A stretch of DNA of 64,000 nucleotides from Nitrospiraceae bacterium (GCA_003599425.1 QZKC01000068.1:11667-75666), one strand, 5' to 3'; shown: positions 29,238 to 40,513, counted from the stretch's first letter. A program made the numbers and translations. The notes: generated from the letters alone by a model not told the origin.

Positions 29238-30212
29238 TTATTCAATAATCCCGGTCAGTTTAACTGCCTGATTACCCCTGCTTATTCCCGGCATACCCTT
29301 GAACTTGGGGGAGTTCTCAACCTTCACGAGAAGCTCATCCGTAACTGATTTGCCGAGATTAATCACGTTCCCTACATTAAAGTTCATGAGGTCCTTGAAA
29401 TTGATAACCAGGCTGCCGACCTCGACCGTTACATTTAGGCTTGTGTCCATGAGATTGCTCTTCATTACCTGAGCCCACCTCTGGTCCGTTTCAAACTTGT
29501 TGCCATGTATCCCGGAGTAAAGTTTTTCCTTTACCGGCTCCACCATGGAATAAGGAACGCAAAAGAACATCTTGCCGGCAAAATCCTCTATCTCGATCAG
29601 CACCTCCACATTGATAACGATCTCTGACGGAGTAACGATAGTGACAAACTGGGGATTTATCTCGGAGCTGACATAGTCAGGATGCAAGGAGGCTATCCCA
29701 CTCCAAGCAACACCCATGTCCTTTAATGCGAGTTTCACAACCTTCTGAATCACCCGCTGCTCGATCGGCGTAAAGGCCCTTCCCTCTGATTTTATATGCT
29801 TTGCATTGGCCCCCCCGAAGAAAAATTCAATGAGAGCAAAGACAAGCGGCGCTTCTAACACAAGCAGCGAATATCCTTTCAGTGGTTCCATGGTGAATAC
29901 GTTAATGCTTGATGGCACGGGTATCGTTTTTATGAAATCCCCGAACTTTATCACTTCTACTGACTGTATGCTGATATCGATGAACTTCATGAGCAGGGAA
30001 GACACAGAACTCCTGAACAGCCTTGCAAAACTCTCATTTGCCACTTCCAGACCAGGCATACGGCCACGGATAATACGCTCCTGATTTGCAAAGTCATAAG
30101 ATCTGATACCGCCGACGATCTTGTCGCGGGCTTCTTCGGTGTCTATTTCTCCGGACGCAACTCCCTTGAGCAAGGCATCGACTTCATCCTGTGAAAGTAT
30201 CTTATCGCTCAT
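29238..30212 (-). CDS. fliM: Motor switch protein FliM
   Basis: ILSQDEVDALL CheY-binding peptide; FFGG; SpoA C-terminal domain. Confidence 0.96.
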   Translation of the reverse strand: MSDKILSQDEVDALLKGVASGEIDTEEARDKIVGGIRSYDFANQERIIRGRMPGLEVANESFARLFRSSVSSLLMKFIDISIQSVEVIKFGDFIKTIPVPSSINVFTMEPLKGYSLLVLEAPLVFALIEFFFGGANAKHIKSEGRAFTPIEQRVIQKVVKLALKDMGVAWSGIASLHPDYVSSEINPQFVTIVTPSEIVINVEVLIEIEDFAGKMFFCVPYSMVEPVKEKLYSGIHGNKFETDQRWAQVMKSNLMDTSLNVTVEVGSLVINFKDLMNFNVGNVINLGKSVTDELLVKVENSPKFKGMPGISRGNQAVKLTGIIE

Positions 30213-30706
30213 TGCATTACGAACTCAGTAAAATAAAGGTTTTTAAAAGCATCTTTTTCCATCCCCATTAACTGGTTGGCCCTGAAGAGGATCTCATCCT
30301 TTAACTGAAATTTTCCTTCAGGACTTGAGATCGAGCTGAGCGACTTGCTGCTGACAAGAGTAATAATGGTATCGCGCAATTGCGGGGTTTTGTTCTTGAC
30401 TGTCTCTTCCAGTTTCGGTTCATTTATCTCAAGCTGGATGGTAACCTTGAGATACCTGCCGTGGTCCGACAGGTTCAGAACAAATGGGTCGAGGGCAACA
30501 ATCGATGTCTTCTCGATCTTTTCTTCCTTAAGCTCAGCACTGTTGCTGCTCCCTTTACTGGCCAATATCTTATATCCGGCAAATCCCCCTGCCCCAAGCA
30601 CAAGGGATGCAGCAACGATTATGATAAGCAGTTTTATATTTCCTTTCTTCTTTTTCGTATCTTCTTCCGGTTTTTCAACCTGAAGTTCGTCTTTTTCTTC
30701 TGCCAT
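30209..30706 (-). CDS. fliL: FliL
   Basis: Single TM; LDPFVLNL..RYLK and LYFTEFVMQ. Confidence 0.93.
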   Translation of the reverse strand: MAEEKDELQVEKPEEDTKKKKGNIKLLIIIVAASLVLGAGGFAGYKILASKGSSNSAELKEEKIEKTSIVALDPFVLNLSDHGRYLKVTIQLEINEPKLEETVKNKTPQLRDTIITLVSSKSLSSISSPEGKFQLKDEILFRANQLMGMEKDAFKNLYFTEFVMQ

Positions 30707-30771
30707 TATTATCAGCCCTCCATATTCATGGTTATTTCAAAAAACACGACTCATAACTTTCCCTCTATGAA

Positions 30772-30786
30772 ACAAATACCATGCCA
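30772..30786 (-). promoter_or_regulatory. sigma54-like promoter for the fliL operon (TTGT variant at -12)
   Basis: TGGCATGGTATTTGT on the minus strand. Confidence 0.6.
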
Positions 30787-30830
30787 GTTATAACATCCTG
30801 TTAAATCAAGATTTACATAATAACTTTAAT

Positions 30831-30844
30831 GTCAAAATAATGAC
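30831..30844. promoter_or_regulatory. GTCA-N6-TGAC FleQ/FlrA-like box
   Basis: GTCAAAATAATGAC, 45 bp upstream of the sigma54-like motif. Confidence 0.55.
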
Positions 30845-30906
30845 CTTCATCGACAGATTTCGGATACCTCTCGGAGAAACCGTATTTTCCATTTTATGTA
30901 TTTCAC

Positions 30907-30933
30907 TAAAGATATCCATGCATGTTCCGAAAT
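30907..30933 (+). promoter_or_regulatory. sigma28-like promoter for the diguanylate cyclase
   Basis: TAAA-N15-TCCGAAAT. Confidence 0.5.
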
Positions 30934-31005
30934 TATTCAGTAGCTTGTCAGGGGCATCATACCCTCTTGCAGGTTTACGTACTAAACAGTCGAAGGAGAG
31001 AACGT

Positions 31006-32295
31006 ATGAGCAGTGAGATCAATCTTAAAGAAATAGACCTGGCAGGATTTGAAGAAAAAGTCTATGTGATCGCAGATGAAGTGCTTAACATACTTAAGGA
31101 ATTATCCAGGGAAAACAAAAAACAGATTAACAGCAAACTGATAGCTGAAAAGATGTTCCTGAACGAGTCGGTAAAAAGCACTTTTATTAATGCAAACGGC
31201 GTTTCGTCTTCAAAGGAAATTAATTCTCTTAAAGAAATGTCCCATACGATCCTGGATAAGTTCTCAGAACTTGTTCCATCTCATATGACCGAAAATCTCG
31301 GGGAACTTAGAGAAATATTCAATAATGAAAATACCATAAAAAGCGCAAAAGACTGGCTGGACTCACCGATCAATGTTATCAAGAAATACATTGATTCCCT
31401 GTCAAGCCGGAATAAAGAACTCGAAGATTTCCTGAAACAGACAATGCAGAGTCTTGTGACTATCGAAAATCCCATCACAAGTGAGTTGTCATCTCAGCAA
31501 AGTAAATTCAGGGAGGACATGGAATTCCATGACAGCATATCTAACTATATGGATTTAATGAAAGAAGAATGCAATATTTCCACAGACATTGACTCCCTTA
31601 AAAGAGCCTTTCTGAGCAGAATAGAAAATATTCATAAAGGCATTGAAATAAAGAGAGAGCAGGACATGGTGAGGTTAAAAGAAACGGAAAAAACTATTGA
31701 GGAAATGAAAAAGCGGATGGATGAAATCAAACGCGAAGCAGATGAAATAAGAAGAAAGTCGCAGGAAGTTGAGCTCGCAACATATTGCGATGCCCTTACC
31801 GGCATTCATAATCGGAAGGCGTATGATGAAAGAATAGCAGAAACTCTGGCCCATGTGCAGCGGTATAAAATCCCGGCTTCCCTGATGATCTGCGATATCG
31901 ATTTTTTCAAGAAGATAAATGATACCTTCGGCCATAAAGTCGGGGACCTGGCACTGAAAAAACTTGCGGAGCTTCTGAAAGAACGTCTTAGGAAAAATGA
32001 TTTTATTGCAAGGTACGGTGGAGAGGAGTTTGCAATTATCCTTCCGCATACGGACTTGAATGGAGCGATCATAGCTGGCGAAGGGATCAGGGCCTATATT
32101 GCGAAATCGGTCTTTTCATATAAAAGCCAGAAAATCCCCCTTACCATCAGCGTCGGCATCAGTTTTTTCAGAAAAGAAGACACTATCGATACCATTTTTG
32201 AAAGGGCTGATCAGGCACTTTATGCTGCCAAAAAGTCAGGGAGAAACCAGATAAAATCCGAAAATGATATCGTTTCAGCCTCCCCGTCAGAGTGA
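31006..32295 (+). CDS. Cytoplasmic coiled-coil diguanylate cyclase
   Basis: AAGGAG RBS before ATG 31006; DALTG, DIDFFKKINDTFGH.VGD, RKND I-site 5 residues before GGEEF. Confidence 0.92.
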   Translation: MSSEINLKEIDLAGFEEKVYVIADEVLNILKELSRENKKQINSKLIAEKMFLNESVKSTFINANGVSSSKEINSLKEMSHTILDKFSELVPSHMTENLGELREIFNNENTIKSAKDWLDSPINVIKKYIDSLSSRNKELEDFLKQTMQSLVTIENPITSELSSQQSKFREDMEFHDSISNYMDLMKEECNISTDIDSLKRAFLSRIENIHKGIEIKREQDMVRLKETEKTIEEMKKRMDEIKREADEIRRKSQEVELATYCDALTGIHNRKAYDERIAETLAHVQRYKIPASLMICDIDFFKKINDTFGHKVGDLALKKLAELLKERLRKNDFIARYGGEEFAIILPHTDLNGAIIAGEGIRAYIAKSVFSYKSQKIPLTISVGISFFRKEDTIDTIFERADQALYAAKKSGRNQIKSENDIVSASPSE

Positions 32296-32376
32296 CTGAA
32301 GTTTAAGCCGAATACAGCATCCCCGGTTCTTTGCATAATTCCGAACAAAAGAAAACCATTTCTTAAGTAACGATGC

Positions 32377-32404
32377 TAAAGGAATAATAAGTAAGTTCCG
32401 ATAA
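32377..32404 (+). promoter_or_regulatory. sigma28-like promoter for the chemotaxis operon
   Basis: TAAA-N16-TCCGATAA. Confidence 0.65.
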
Positions 32405-32473
32405 TGATGCATAAGATATAAGGGACTATCGTGATTTTTAAAGTGAATATGTTCTTTTAATTGAGGTAAAGAG

Positions 32474-33898
32474 ATGCATAAGGCAACACTTGAAAGGCTG
32501 ATAAAAGAACTTACCCATTCCGATCCTTCGGGAAGGCGCTGCGCTGCGGAAGCGCTTTCCGAAGGTGATGAACGTGCTGTTTTCCCTTTACTGAAGGCAT
32601 TACACGACAGCAATTTAGGAGTGCAGGATGCCGCAATAAAGTCTCTTATGCGCATGAAAAACGAGACGACAGCGTATATGGTTATCCCCCTTCTCAGAGA
32701 AGATGTGTTTCTCAGGAATACAGCTTTGATCATCCTTAGGGAAATGGGAACCATTGCCATTCCGCTCATCCGAGCACTTCTGAACGATAAAGATGATGAT
32801 GTCAGAAAATTCGCTATTGACCTCATTTATGACATTAATTATTGCGATTATCCCGACAAACTGCTTGAAATACTCATGAACGATCCTAATGCAAATGTAC
32901 GTGCGTCTGCAGCGAAGACTCTGGGAAAACTGAACTTAAAGGAAGCAGTGCCATACCTTATCAAAGCTCTTAATGATGAAGAGTGGGTTTGTTTCTCCGC
33001 GCTCGAAGCGCTAACCGTGCTCAAAGACAACAGTGCAATCGCCCCTATCCTTGCATTGTCAGCGAGTCCTTCAGAAGCAATAAGGCTCGCAATGCTTGAA
33101 ACTCTAGGCAAGATAGGCTCTCAGGACATCCAGAAATTTTTAGCAGAACATGTATCAAAATCCAGCGGCCTCGAAAAACGGGCTGCCATTATAAGCCTTG
33201 TACAGTTAGGTATGATTCCTCCCTCAATGGACATCTTTGATGAACTTATCGATATGCTGATAACCAGTGACTGGGACGATAAGTATGTGGCTATCAAGGG
33301 ACTGCTTATTCTCAGAGATGAACGAGCTATTTACCATATGATAGATGTTGCCGGATCGATCGATTATTCAGCACCTGACAGACACGAAAAAATCCAGTTT
33401 ATCAGAGAAGCTGTAAGCAGCTTCGGGTGCAACAGATATCTATGTTCAATTCTTGACGATAATACAATGAGGTACAGAGGGAAGTCACTCGCTATTGAAA
33501 TAGCAGGTGATTTAAAGTGTCACTCAGTGGTTGACTCTCTTATAAAGCTTATAAAAAGCAATTCCAGAGACATAAGAAGGTCAAGCGTAGAATCGCTCGG
33601 AAAAATAGACAGCGGAAAGGCTCGCGATTACCTGTTTGAGGCAATCAGGGACCACGACAGCCACGTCAGGAAGTCTGCCGTTATAGCCCTTGGGAAGATA
33701 TGTGAAATGTCTGCATTTGAACCTCTCATGAAATTGCTCAACAAAGAAGTTTACTACGATGTTATCGATGAGATCATAAAATCGCTCCTTCAAATAAATG
33801 CGACTCTTTTTTTATCGCGTATCGGAGAATTGAACGATCAGATACGTAAAGTTGCAGCCAGACATGCACCGCTGTGTAACCCGGAGAGTTCATGCTGA
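32474..33898 (+). CDS. HEAT-repeat protein leading the chemotaxis operon
   Basis: Many D...VR..A...LG HEAT/PBS repeats; overlaps cheR. Confidence 0.88.
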   Translation: MHKATLERLIKELTHSDPSGRRCAAEALSEGDERAVFPLLKALHDSNLGVQDAAIKSLMRMKNETTAYMVIPLLREDVFLRNTALIILREMGTIAIPLIRALLNDKDDDVRKFAIDLIYDINYCDYPDKLLEILMNDPNANVRASAAKTLGKLNLKEAVPYLIKALNDEEWVCFSALEALTVLKDNSAIAPILALSASPSEAIRLAMLETLGKIGSQDIQKFLAEHVSKSSGLEKRAAIISLVQLGMIPPSMDIFDELIDMLITSDWDDKYVAIKGLLILRDERAIYHMIDVAGSIDYSAPDRHEKIQFIREAVSSFGCNRYLCSILDDNTMRYRGKSLAIEIAGDLKCHSVVDSLIKLIKSNSRDIRRSSVESLGKIDSGKARDYLFEAIRDHDSHVRKSAVIALGKICEMSAFEPLMKLLNKEVYYDVIDEIIKSLLQINATLFLSRIGELNDQIRKVAARHAPLCNPESSC

Positions 33899-34716
33899 AC
33901 ATATTGCTCGCTGATTCAACATTCAATGAACTGCGGAATTATATTTATGAAAAATGCGGCATCTATATAACGGACACAAAGAAATATCTTGTCGAGAACA
34001 GGCTTTCAAGGATCCTGCAGGAAAAGAACCTGAACAATTTTGAAGAATATCTGAAACTTCTGAAATACAGTACGAACGGCAATGAGCTCAGCAGGCTCTT
34101 TGATGCGGTCACAACAAATGAAACGTATTTCTTCAGGGAACCGGACCAACTGCATGTTTTTCAGAACGAGATAATACCGAGGATCATCAGCCAGAAAAGA
34201 AATCCCCAGCAGTTAAAGATATGGTCTGCAGCATGCTCTTCCGGAGAAGAACCATATACGCTTTCAATGATGCTCCACGAAAAAGGGTACCATGCTAAGC
34301 AATTTGAAATATACGGCTCGGATATCAGTGAAACTGTGCTGCAATCAGCAAAAAGAGCTGTCTACAACTCATATTCAGTAAGAAACGTTCCTGTAGCATA
34401 TGCCAGAAAATACTTTTCATGCACAGGACAAACATACGCTCTCGATGAATCCATTAAAAATAGCGTCAAATTCATGAAGATAAACCTCATTGATGATAAG
34501 AACACGAGACTGCTGCGCAATTCAGATATAATCTTCTGTCGCAATGTACTCATTTATTTTGACGTTAAATCCAAACAGAAGGTTGCATCGCTCCTGTACG
34601 ACTGTTTAAATCCAGGAGGATATCTCTTAATAGGGGCCTCGGAAAGTCTCCATAATATCACAAGAGCTTTCAGGCCTAATATTTTAAATAAAGTGATCGC
34701 TTATCAGAAGGTTTGA
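33892..34716 (+). CDS. cheR: Chemotaxis methyltransferase
   Basis: TTNETYFFRE, IWSAACSSGEEPY and IFCRNVLIYF. Confidence 0.96.
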   Translation: MLNILLADSTFNELRNYIYEKCGIYITDTKKYLVENRLSRILQEKNLNNFEEYLKLLKYSTNGNELSRLFDAVTTNETYFFREPDQLHVFQNEIIPRIISQKRNPQQLKIWSAACSSGEEPYTLSMMLHEKGYHAKQFEIYGSDISETVLQSAKRAVYNSYSVRNVPVAYARKYFSCTGQTYALDESIKNSVKFMKINLIDDKNTRLLRNSDIIFCRNVLIYFDVKSKQKVASLLYDCLNPGGYLLIGASESLHNITRAFRPNILNKVIAYQKV

Positions 34717-34764
34717 AATGATACTGATAATTTTTACATATGGAATGTGTTTCGGGGGGATATT

Positions 34765-35145
34765 ATGATAATTATGATCGTTGATGATTGCCAGACAACG
34801 AGGAAATTACTGGGCCATTATCTGAAATCGAGGGGATACAATGTAGTGTTCGCAGAAAACGGTCTTGATGCCCTTGAAAAGCTCGTAAGTGAAAAAGTAA
34901 ACCTTATCATGACAGACCTTAATATGCCGTATATGGATGGCATGGAGCTGATAAAAGCGCTGAAAACTGATCCGAGCCTGTCAGCAATACCGATCTTGAT
35001 GGTAACTACTGAAAACGATGCGTCAGAGAAAGAAAAAGCCATGCATTTCGGAGCAGACGGTTACCTGGTCAAACCCGTTACCGGAGACGCAATAGCTGAG
35101 AACATCAAATCAATTTTAAAACACATGTTTGTTCAAGGAGGTTAG
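34765..35145 (+). CDS. Single-domain CheY-like response regulator
   Basis: IVDD, TDLNMP.MDG, MVTT and KP motifs. Confidence 0.9.
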   Translation: MIIMIVDDCQTTRKLLGHYLKSRGYNVVFAENGLDALEKLVSEKVNLIMTDLNMPYMDGMELIKALKTDPSLSAIPILMVTTENDASEKEKAMHFGADGYLVKPVTGDAIAENIKSILKHMFVQGG

Positions 35146-35146
35146 T

Positions 35147-35542
35147 ATGCCGGACTTAAAGATGAAAATCCTTGTTGTCGATGATTTTTCAACAATGAGA
35201 AGAATAGTGAAAAATCTTCTCAGACAACTTGGATATGAAAATATTGAGGAAGCCGAGGATGGTGCCCAGGCGTATTTAAAGCTGAAAAACGGCGGCTACG
35301 GGTTTGTCGTAAGCGACTGGAACATGCCTAACATGGACGGGCTGGAACTTTTGAAGAAAGTTCGAAGCGATGCGGAATTGAAAGATATTCCAATGCTGAT
35401 GGTGACCGCCGAAGCAGAAAAAGAAAAAGTCATAACCGCCATACAGGCTGGTGTGAATAATTATGTTGTGAAGCCTTTCACAGGAGAGATATTAAAAGAG
35501 AAGATGGACAAAATATTTGAAAGACTGCAGGCACAGAAATAA
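35147..35542 (+). CDS. cheY: Chemotaxis response regulator CheY
   Basis: [32 protein letters not shown] and YVVKPF (enteric-like CheY). Confidence 0.96.
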   Translation: MPDLKMKILVVDDFSTMRRIVKNLLRQLGYENIEEAEDGAQAYLKLKNGGYGFVVSDWNMPNMDGLELLKKVRSDAELKDIPMLMVTAEAEKEKVITAIQAGVNNYVVKPFTGEILKEKMDKIFERLQAQK

Positions 35543-35574
35543 TTATATAAATAATACTGCATGGAGATTGAATT

Positions 35575-37491
35575 ATGAACGATGAAATGGAAGAAATAAT
35601 TCTGGAATTTATTACGGAGGCAGAAGAATCCCTCGACAAAATCGAGCCTCGTTTTGTTGAGCTTGAGCAGAAAGGTGAGGATTCAGAGCTTCTCAATAAT
35701 ATTTTCAGATCCATGCATACTATCAAGGGGGCAGCAGGGTTTCTCGGTTTTCAATCGATTGTGGATGTGGCGCATGCAGCAGAGAATATCATGAAGAGAC
35801 TCCGGGACGGTGAGATAGCTCTCTCAAAGCCTCTCATGGATGCTATTCTCAAAGCTATAGACATGCTCAGACTTCTTCTCGGACATCTGAAGGAAAAAGA
35901 CGGCATTGAAGAAAACGTCTCCCCCCTGGTGCAGGAACTGAATATCGCTTTAAAGTCCGCAACGCCCAAAACAGGGAATGCCGCTCAAAATAAAGAACAG
36001 GTTGTCCCTTCCTCTCAAGCGCCAGAAGATTTCCCAAAACCCGCAAACGTGGTTCAGTCCACTAATTTGCAACAGCCTTCTGAACCAACGGATATCCCTG
36101 TTAATTCGTCGAAAACAATCATTACTTCAAAGCCTGATGAGACGCCTGTACAACCCAAGCAACATGGCGCCATACAACATCCTGTAAAAGTATGCGCAGA
36201 TTCCTCTATGCAGCCAAATGGTTCAGGGGAAAATGATCAGAAATCCAATGAAACACAGCAGCCATCCAAAGATACATCTCAAAAAGCACAGAATTTAAGA
36301 GTAGATGTTAACAGGATAGACAAGGTTATGGACCTCGCCGGTGAAGTAGTTCTGGTAAGAAACAGGCTCCTGAATATATCCAACTACTTTGATTTTAAAT
36401 ACACTGACGATCCCATGACGGAGATCCTGATGGAATCAGTCTCCTTTCTGGACCGAATCACCTCTGATATGCAGCTTGCTGTAATGAAAATGCGTATGCA
36501 GCCCATTCAGAAAGTATTCAGTAAGTTCCCGAGACTTGTACGGGATATTTCAGCGTCAGTCAATAAGGACGTGGAGTTGCAGATATTCGGAGAAGGCACG
36601 GAGGTTGACAAGACTGTAATAGAAAACATCGGGGATCCAATGACCCATATTTTGAGAAACTCTATTGACCATGGTATTGAATCAACTGAGGAGCGGATAG
36701 CCAAAGGCAAATCGCCCAAAGGCAAGATAGTGGTCAATACGTATCAAAAAGGGACCCAGATAGTTATTGAAATCTCAGATGACGGAAAAGGTATGGATGT
36801 GGACAAGCTGAAGAGAAAAGCAATAGATAAGGGCATCCTGTCTGAAGATGAAGCACAGAAGATGTCATATGAAGATGCCATAGACATCATATTCATGCCG
36901 GGTTTCTCCACCAAGGAAATTGCTACAGAACTCAGCGGGCGAGGGGTAGGAATGGATGTCGTTAAAACCAATATATCGCTCTTAAACGGTTATGTCGAGG
37001 TGTCAACAGAAAAAAATGTAGGAACAACATTTAAAATCAGCATACCTCTGACCCTGGCCATAATTCAGGCTCTTATGGTTGAAGTTGATGGCGCCAAATA
37101 TGCCATACCTCTTTCACCCATAGAAGAAACTCTGAAGGTTGCAAAAAAAGATATCACCAATATCACCGGTCAAAATGTCATTGTCATCCGTGACAAGGTG
37201 TGCCCTCTTTTTGAGCTCAACAGTATCCTTGGCATAGACTCCAACGGTCATGGAAGTTCCGATGATGCTGAATATAAATATGTCATTGTTATAACTATGG
37301 GAGACAAAAAATTCTGTTTAGCCATTGACAAGCTTGTAGGCCAGGAAGAGGTTGTTATCAAGGCCCTGAACGGGCTGGACACGACAACTTCTTATGTCCT
37401 TGGCGCGACAATAACTGGCGACGGAAAGGTTGTTTTCATTCTTGATGTTGCCGGCATGTCTAGAAATCTGCTTGGACTGGCAAAAGTTTAG
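35575..37491 (+). CDS. cheA: Chemotaxis histidine kinase CheA (no recognisable P2 domain)
   Basis: HPt FRSMHTIKGAAG; P/Q/S/T-rich linker; LRVD dimerisation domain; HATPase; CheW-like P5. Confidence 0.96.
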   Translation: MNDEMEEIILEFITEAEESLDKIEPRFVELEQKGEDSELLNNIFRSMHTIKGAAGFLGFQSIVDVAHAAENIMKRLRDGEIALSKPLMDAILKAIDMLRLLLGHLKEKDGIEENVSPLVQELNIALKSATPKTGNAAQNKEQVVPSSQAPEDFPKPANVVQSTNLQQPSEPTDIPVNSSKTIITSKPDETPVQPKQHGAIQHPVKVCADSSMQPNGSGENDQKSNETQQPSKDTSQKAQNLRVDVNRIDKVMDLAGEVVLVRNRLLNISNYFDFKYTDDPMTEILMESVSFLDRITSDMQLAVMKMRMQPIQKVFSKFPRLVRDISASVNKDVELQIFGEGTEVDKTVIENIGDPMTHILRNSIDHGIESTEERIAKGKSPKGKIVVNTYQKGTQIVIEISDDGKGMDVDKLKRKAIDKGILSEDEAQKMSYEDAIDIIFMPGFSTKEIATELSGRGVGMDVVKTNISLLNGYVEVSTEKNVGTTFKISIPLTLAIIQALMVEVDGAKYAIPLSPIEETLKVAKKDITNITGQNVIVIRDKVCPLFELNSILGIDSNGHGSSDDAEYKYVIVITMGDKKFCLAIDKLVGQEEVVIKALNGLDTTTSYVLGATITGDGKVVFILDVAGMSRNLLGLAKV

Positions 37492-37554
37492 AAATAATAT
37501 GAGACATCTGTATATACATATATTCTCTTGTCTTACAGACTCAGGAGATAACAC

Positions 37555-39222
37555 ATGAAATCGGTGTTTGCACGCAGCGGCAATTTAAATTTGCCAATCA
37601 GAAAGAAATTGTTAATCGGCATTATACCCTTTTCCCTGCTTCTCACGCTTATCACCATCGGTACTTTTTTCTACAATTTAAACGTAATGCGCCTTACTGA
37701 TATGTACCCCGAGATAGCACGATGCAGCATGCTGCATGATCAGGTCAAAGAGTTAAGTCAAATTCTCAGCAGTTCCCAACCCGGCAGAGATAAACTGAGC
37801 AAAGTAAAAAATATATATAAAAATAAGCCGGATTTACTGTCAAAGCTCAACAGCTTCGAACACGACGACAAGGAATTAGATGAAATGGAAGATCTTTTCT
37901 TTAATTACCTCGACAAAGGCAATGCAATTTCATCCGGATCATCCGAAGAGTCAATACACTCCAGTATTACTGAACTTACCAGCCTGACCGATACTCTGGT
38001 AAACAGACTATATAAGCATTATGATGAAGAACACAAGGGATTAATTATCAATATTGGGGAAGTACGAGATTCTGCTACAGGCTCAAGGGTCTTTATTTTA
38101 TTGATGACTATTTTGACAGTGATAATAGTAATTGTAGCGATTTACCTCACAAACAGGGATTATGGATACTCCATCAGCAGGATCATAGATACTGCTCAAT
38201 CAATCAGCAACGGACATCTCTATCTACCTGAGATCAAAGTCAAAACACATGATGAGATCGAAAAACTCGTTGATTCAATAAACGTGATGAAGAATGGACT
38301 TAACCAAATGATCGGCAATATAAAGGAGTTATCTGGCAGGATATATAACGTATCGGACAATCTAATGTCATCTTCCGAGATAATAAGCAAAGACACTAAA
38401 GAACAGGTTATCAATACAGGTAAAGTTGCTAATGCGGTTGAAATGATGAGTGTCGTCGTATTTGATGTAACGCAAAACTCAAGCATAGCCGCTGAATCCG
38501 CAAAGGAAGCCGCTGATCTTGCCAGAAAAGGCAGTGAAGTCGTCACTGAGACAATATACGGGATGAACCGAATATCTGATACTGTCAATCAATCAGCTCA
38601 TACAATAGAAGTGCTCGGCAAGAGATCAGAGCAAATCGGTGAAATAATCAAAGTTATCAATGATATCGCAAATCAGACAAATCTTCTCGCATTGAATGCA
38701 GCAATTGAGGCGGCCCGTGCAGGGGAGCAGGGAAGAGGTTTTGCCGTAGTTGCGGACGAAGTCAGAAAACTTGCGGAAAGGACTACAGCAGCGACTAATG
38801 AAATAGGTGAAATGATCAAAAGCATTCAGATCGAAACCAGTAATGCGGTTTCAGCAATGCATTCTGCCACAAAAGAGGTTGAGAGTGGGGTCAACCTTTC
38901 CAATCAGGCCGATTCGTCACTGAAGCAAATAGTGACATCGGTAAGAAGTGTGACTGAGATGATACAAAGTATAGCAGTTGCTGCCAGGCAGCAAGGCTCA
39001 ACTGGTGAAGATGTATCATCCACTCTGCAGGAAATAGCGAATGAAAACACTCAGACCGCGGATGAAGCAAGTAAATATCTTGAAACAACACAGCAATTGA
39101 GACTCATTTCACAGGAATTAACAGGCTTAGTCAGTAAATTCAAAATTCAATCTGCTGATCACAATACTATTGCCAATGAAAAGAGGAGGTATACGTGCAA
39201 CAGTACATCGGCTTTAATTTAA
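37555..39222 (+). CDS. Methyl-accepting chemotaxis protein
   Basis: Two TM helices, [44 protein letters not shown]. Confidence 0.96.
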   Translation: MKSVFARSGNLNLPIRKKLLIGIIPFSLLLTLITIGTFFYNLNVMRLTDMYPEIARCSMLHDQVKELSQILSSSQPGRDKLSKVKNIYKNKPDLLSKLNSFEHDDKELDEMEDLFFNYLDKGNAISSGSSEESIHSSITELTSLTDTLVNRLYKHYDEEHKGLIINIGEVRDSATGSRVFILLMTILTVIIVIVAIYLTNRDYGYSISRIIDTAQSISNGHLYLPEIKVKTHDEIEKLVDSINVMKNGLNQMIGNIKELSGRIYNVSDNLMSSSEIISKDTKEQVINTGKVANAVEMMSVVVFDVTQNSSIAAESAKEAADLARKGSEVVTETIYGMNRISDTVNQSAHTIEVLGKRSEQIGEIIKVINDIANQTNLLALNAAIEAARAGEQGRGFAVVADEVRKLAERTTAATNEIGEMIKSIQIETSNAVSAMHSATKEVESGVNLSNQADSSLKQIVTSVRSVTEMIQSIAVAARQQGSTGEDVSSTLQEIANENTQTADEASKYLETTQQLRLISQELTGLVSKFKIQSADHNTIANEKRRYTCNSTSALI

Positions 39223-40433
39223 ATAAAAATGAATATATGATCCCAATATTAAAGGTGCGGGAGATCATCACCATGCCGTCAATTACAGTTTTACCGCATC
39301 TGCCTTCATATATAAGAGGAATAACGAACCTCAGGGGAACCGTTATCCCGATTGTAAATCTTAAATGCCTGCTCAGTTCAGAAAGCAATAAAGAAACAGG
39401 AAAAACAGTAATAGTAATTTCCGCTGGAAAGTTAACCTACGGGATAATAATAGACGGAATAACCGGTGTTGTGAAGGTAGATGAATCAAATATCGAGCTT
39501 CCAGAGAAGATCATCAGCAGTACCATGGACATTCTTGAAGGAGTGGCAAAGCTCGATAACAGGCTTATAGTTCTGCTGAATACACAAAAAATTCTTCCTA
39601 TAGACGACATGAGTTTACTTGAAGAAACCATCGTCAATGTAAACAGTCTCGGTGACGGAAATGACATCGAGGTGATCAAAGAGATTGACACAATTGGAGG
39701 TAAAGTCACGATAAAAGAAATGCGCCATGCTCAGGATTTCTTCAGCAGCAAGTTTGAAAAAGGCGACCCCAAGCACGTAATATTTGAGCTTATGCTGAAA
39801 TTTATGGACGCCGTAGCGTCAAATGACTATCAAAAAATAGATGTCATTGTCGAACAATTGATAAGGGCAACAGACAGTGATATCTTCAAGGAAATAGGGA
39901 AAATAACCAGGAAACTGCACGATTCCCTCGAAGAATTCAAGGGCGCCATCAACAACGGCCTGCAAAGGATCACTGAAAACGACGTCCCAAATGCAGTTGA
40001 TAATCTCCAGTTCGTAATAAGAAAAACCGAAGATGCGGCAAATAAAACAATGGGTATTGTTGAGAGATACTTTGAAGAATCTAATGATTTCGCAAAACAT
40101 CTGGGATCAATAAAGGGATATGAGGAATCAGTCGGTTATATGAGAACGTTTAAAGATTCACTGGATAATGACATGACCATGATCCTTACCGCCCAGCAGT
40201 TTCAGGACATCACAGGGCAAACCATTAAAAAAGTCATTGATCTTGTAAACAATGTGGAAGTTGAGCTTTTAAGATTAATAACAAAATTCGGCATGTTGAT
40301 AAAAACCGATTCCGAAAAGGTTGCAGTTGGGGTCGGCACAAGGCACAATACAGAAGGCACAACAGCAGATAAATCTGCGGAAAAGATTTCACAGTCTGAT
40401 GTCGAGTCGCTGCTGAATGAGTTTGGCTTTTAA
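39195..40433 (+). CDS. CheW-CheZ fusion protein
   Basis: N-terminal CheW ([23 protein letters not shown]) and C-terminal CheZ ([40 protein letters not shown]); GTG start with GAGGAGG. Confidence 0.88.
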   Translation: MQQYIGFNLNKNEYMIPILKVREIITMPSITVLPHLPSYIRGITNLRGTVIPIVNLKCLLSSESNKETGKTVIVISAGKLTYGIIIDGITGVVKVDESNIELPEKIISSTMDILEGVAKLDNRLIVLLNTQKILPIDDMSLLEETIVNVNSLGDGNDIEVIKEIDTIGGKVTIKEMRHAQDFFSSKFEKGDPKHVIFELMLKFMDAVASNDYQKIDVIVEQLIRATDSDIFKEIGKITRKLHDSLEEFKGAINNGLQRITENDVPNAVDNLQFVIRKTEDAANKTMGIVERYFEESNDFAKHLGSIKGYEESVGYMRTFKDSLDNDMTMILTAQQFQDITGQTIKKVIDLVNNVEVELLRLITKFGMLIKTDSEKVAVGVGTRHNTEGTTADKSAEKISQSDVESLLNEFGF

Positions 40434-40513
40434 TTTATTTATTAAACTCGTCTTTCTATAAGCTGCTTCAATAAGAGAAGCTTTAGAAGAGACATATATA
40501 AGGAGAAAACAAT

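Noticed and set aside
30845..31005. c-di-GMP riboswitch upstream of the DGC
   Set aside because: No GEMM-type GGCAAA/GAAA-tetraloop architecture was recognisable.
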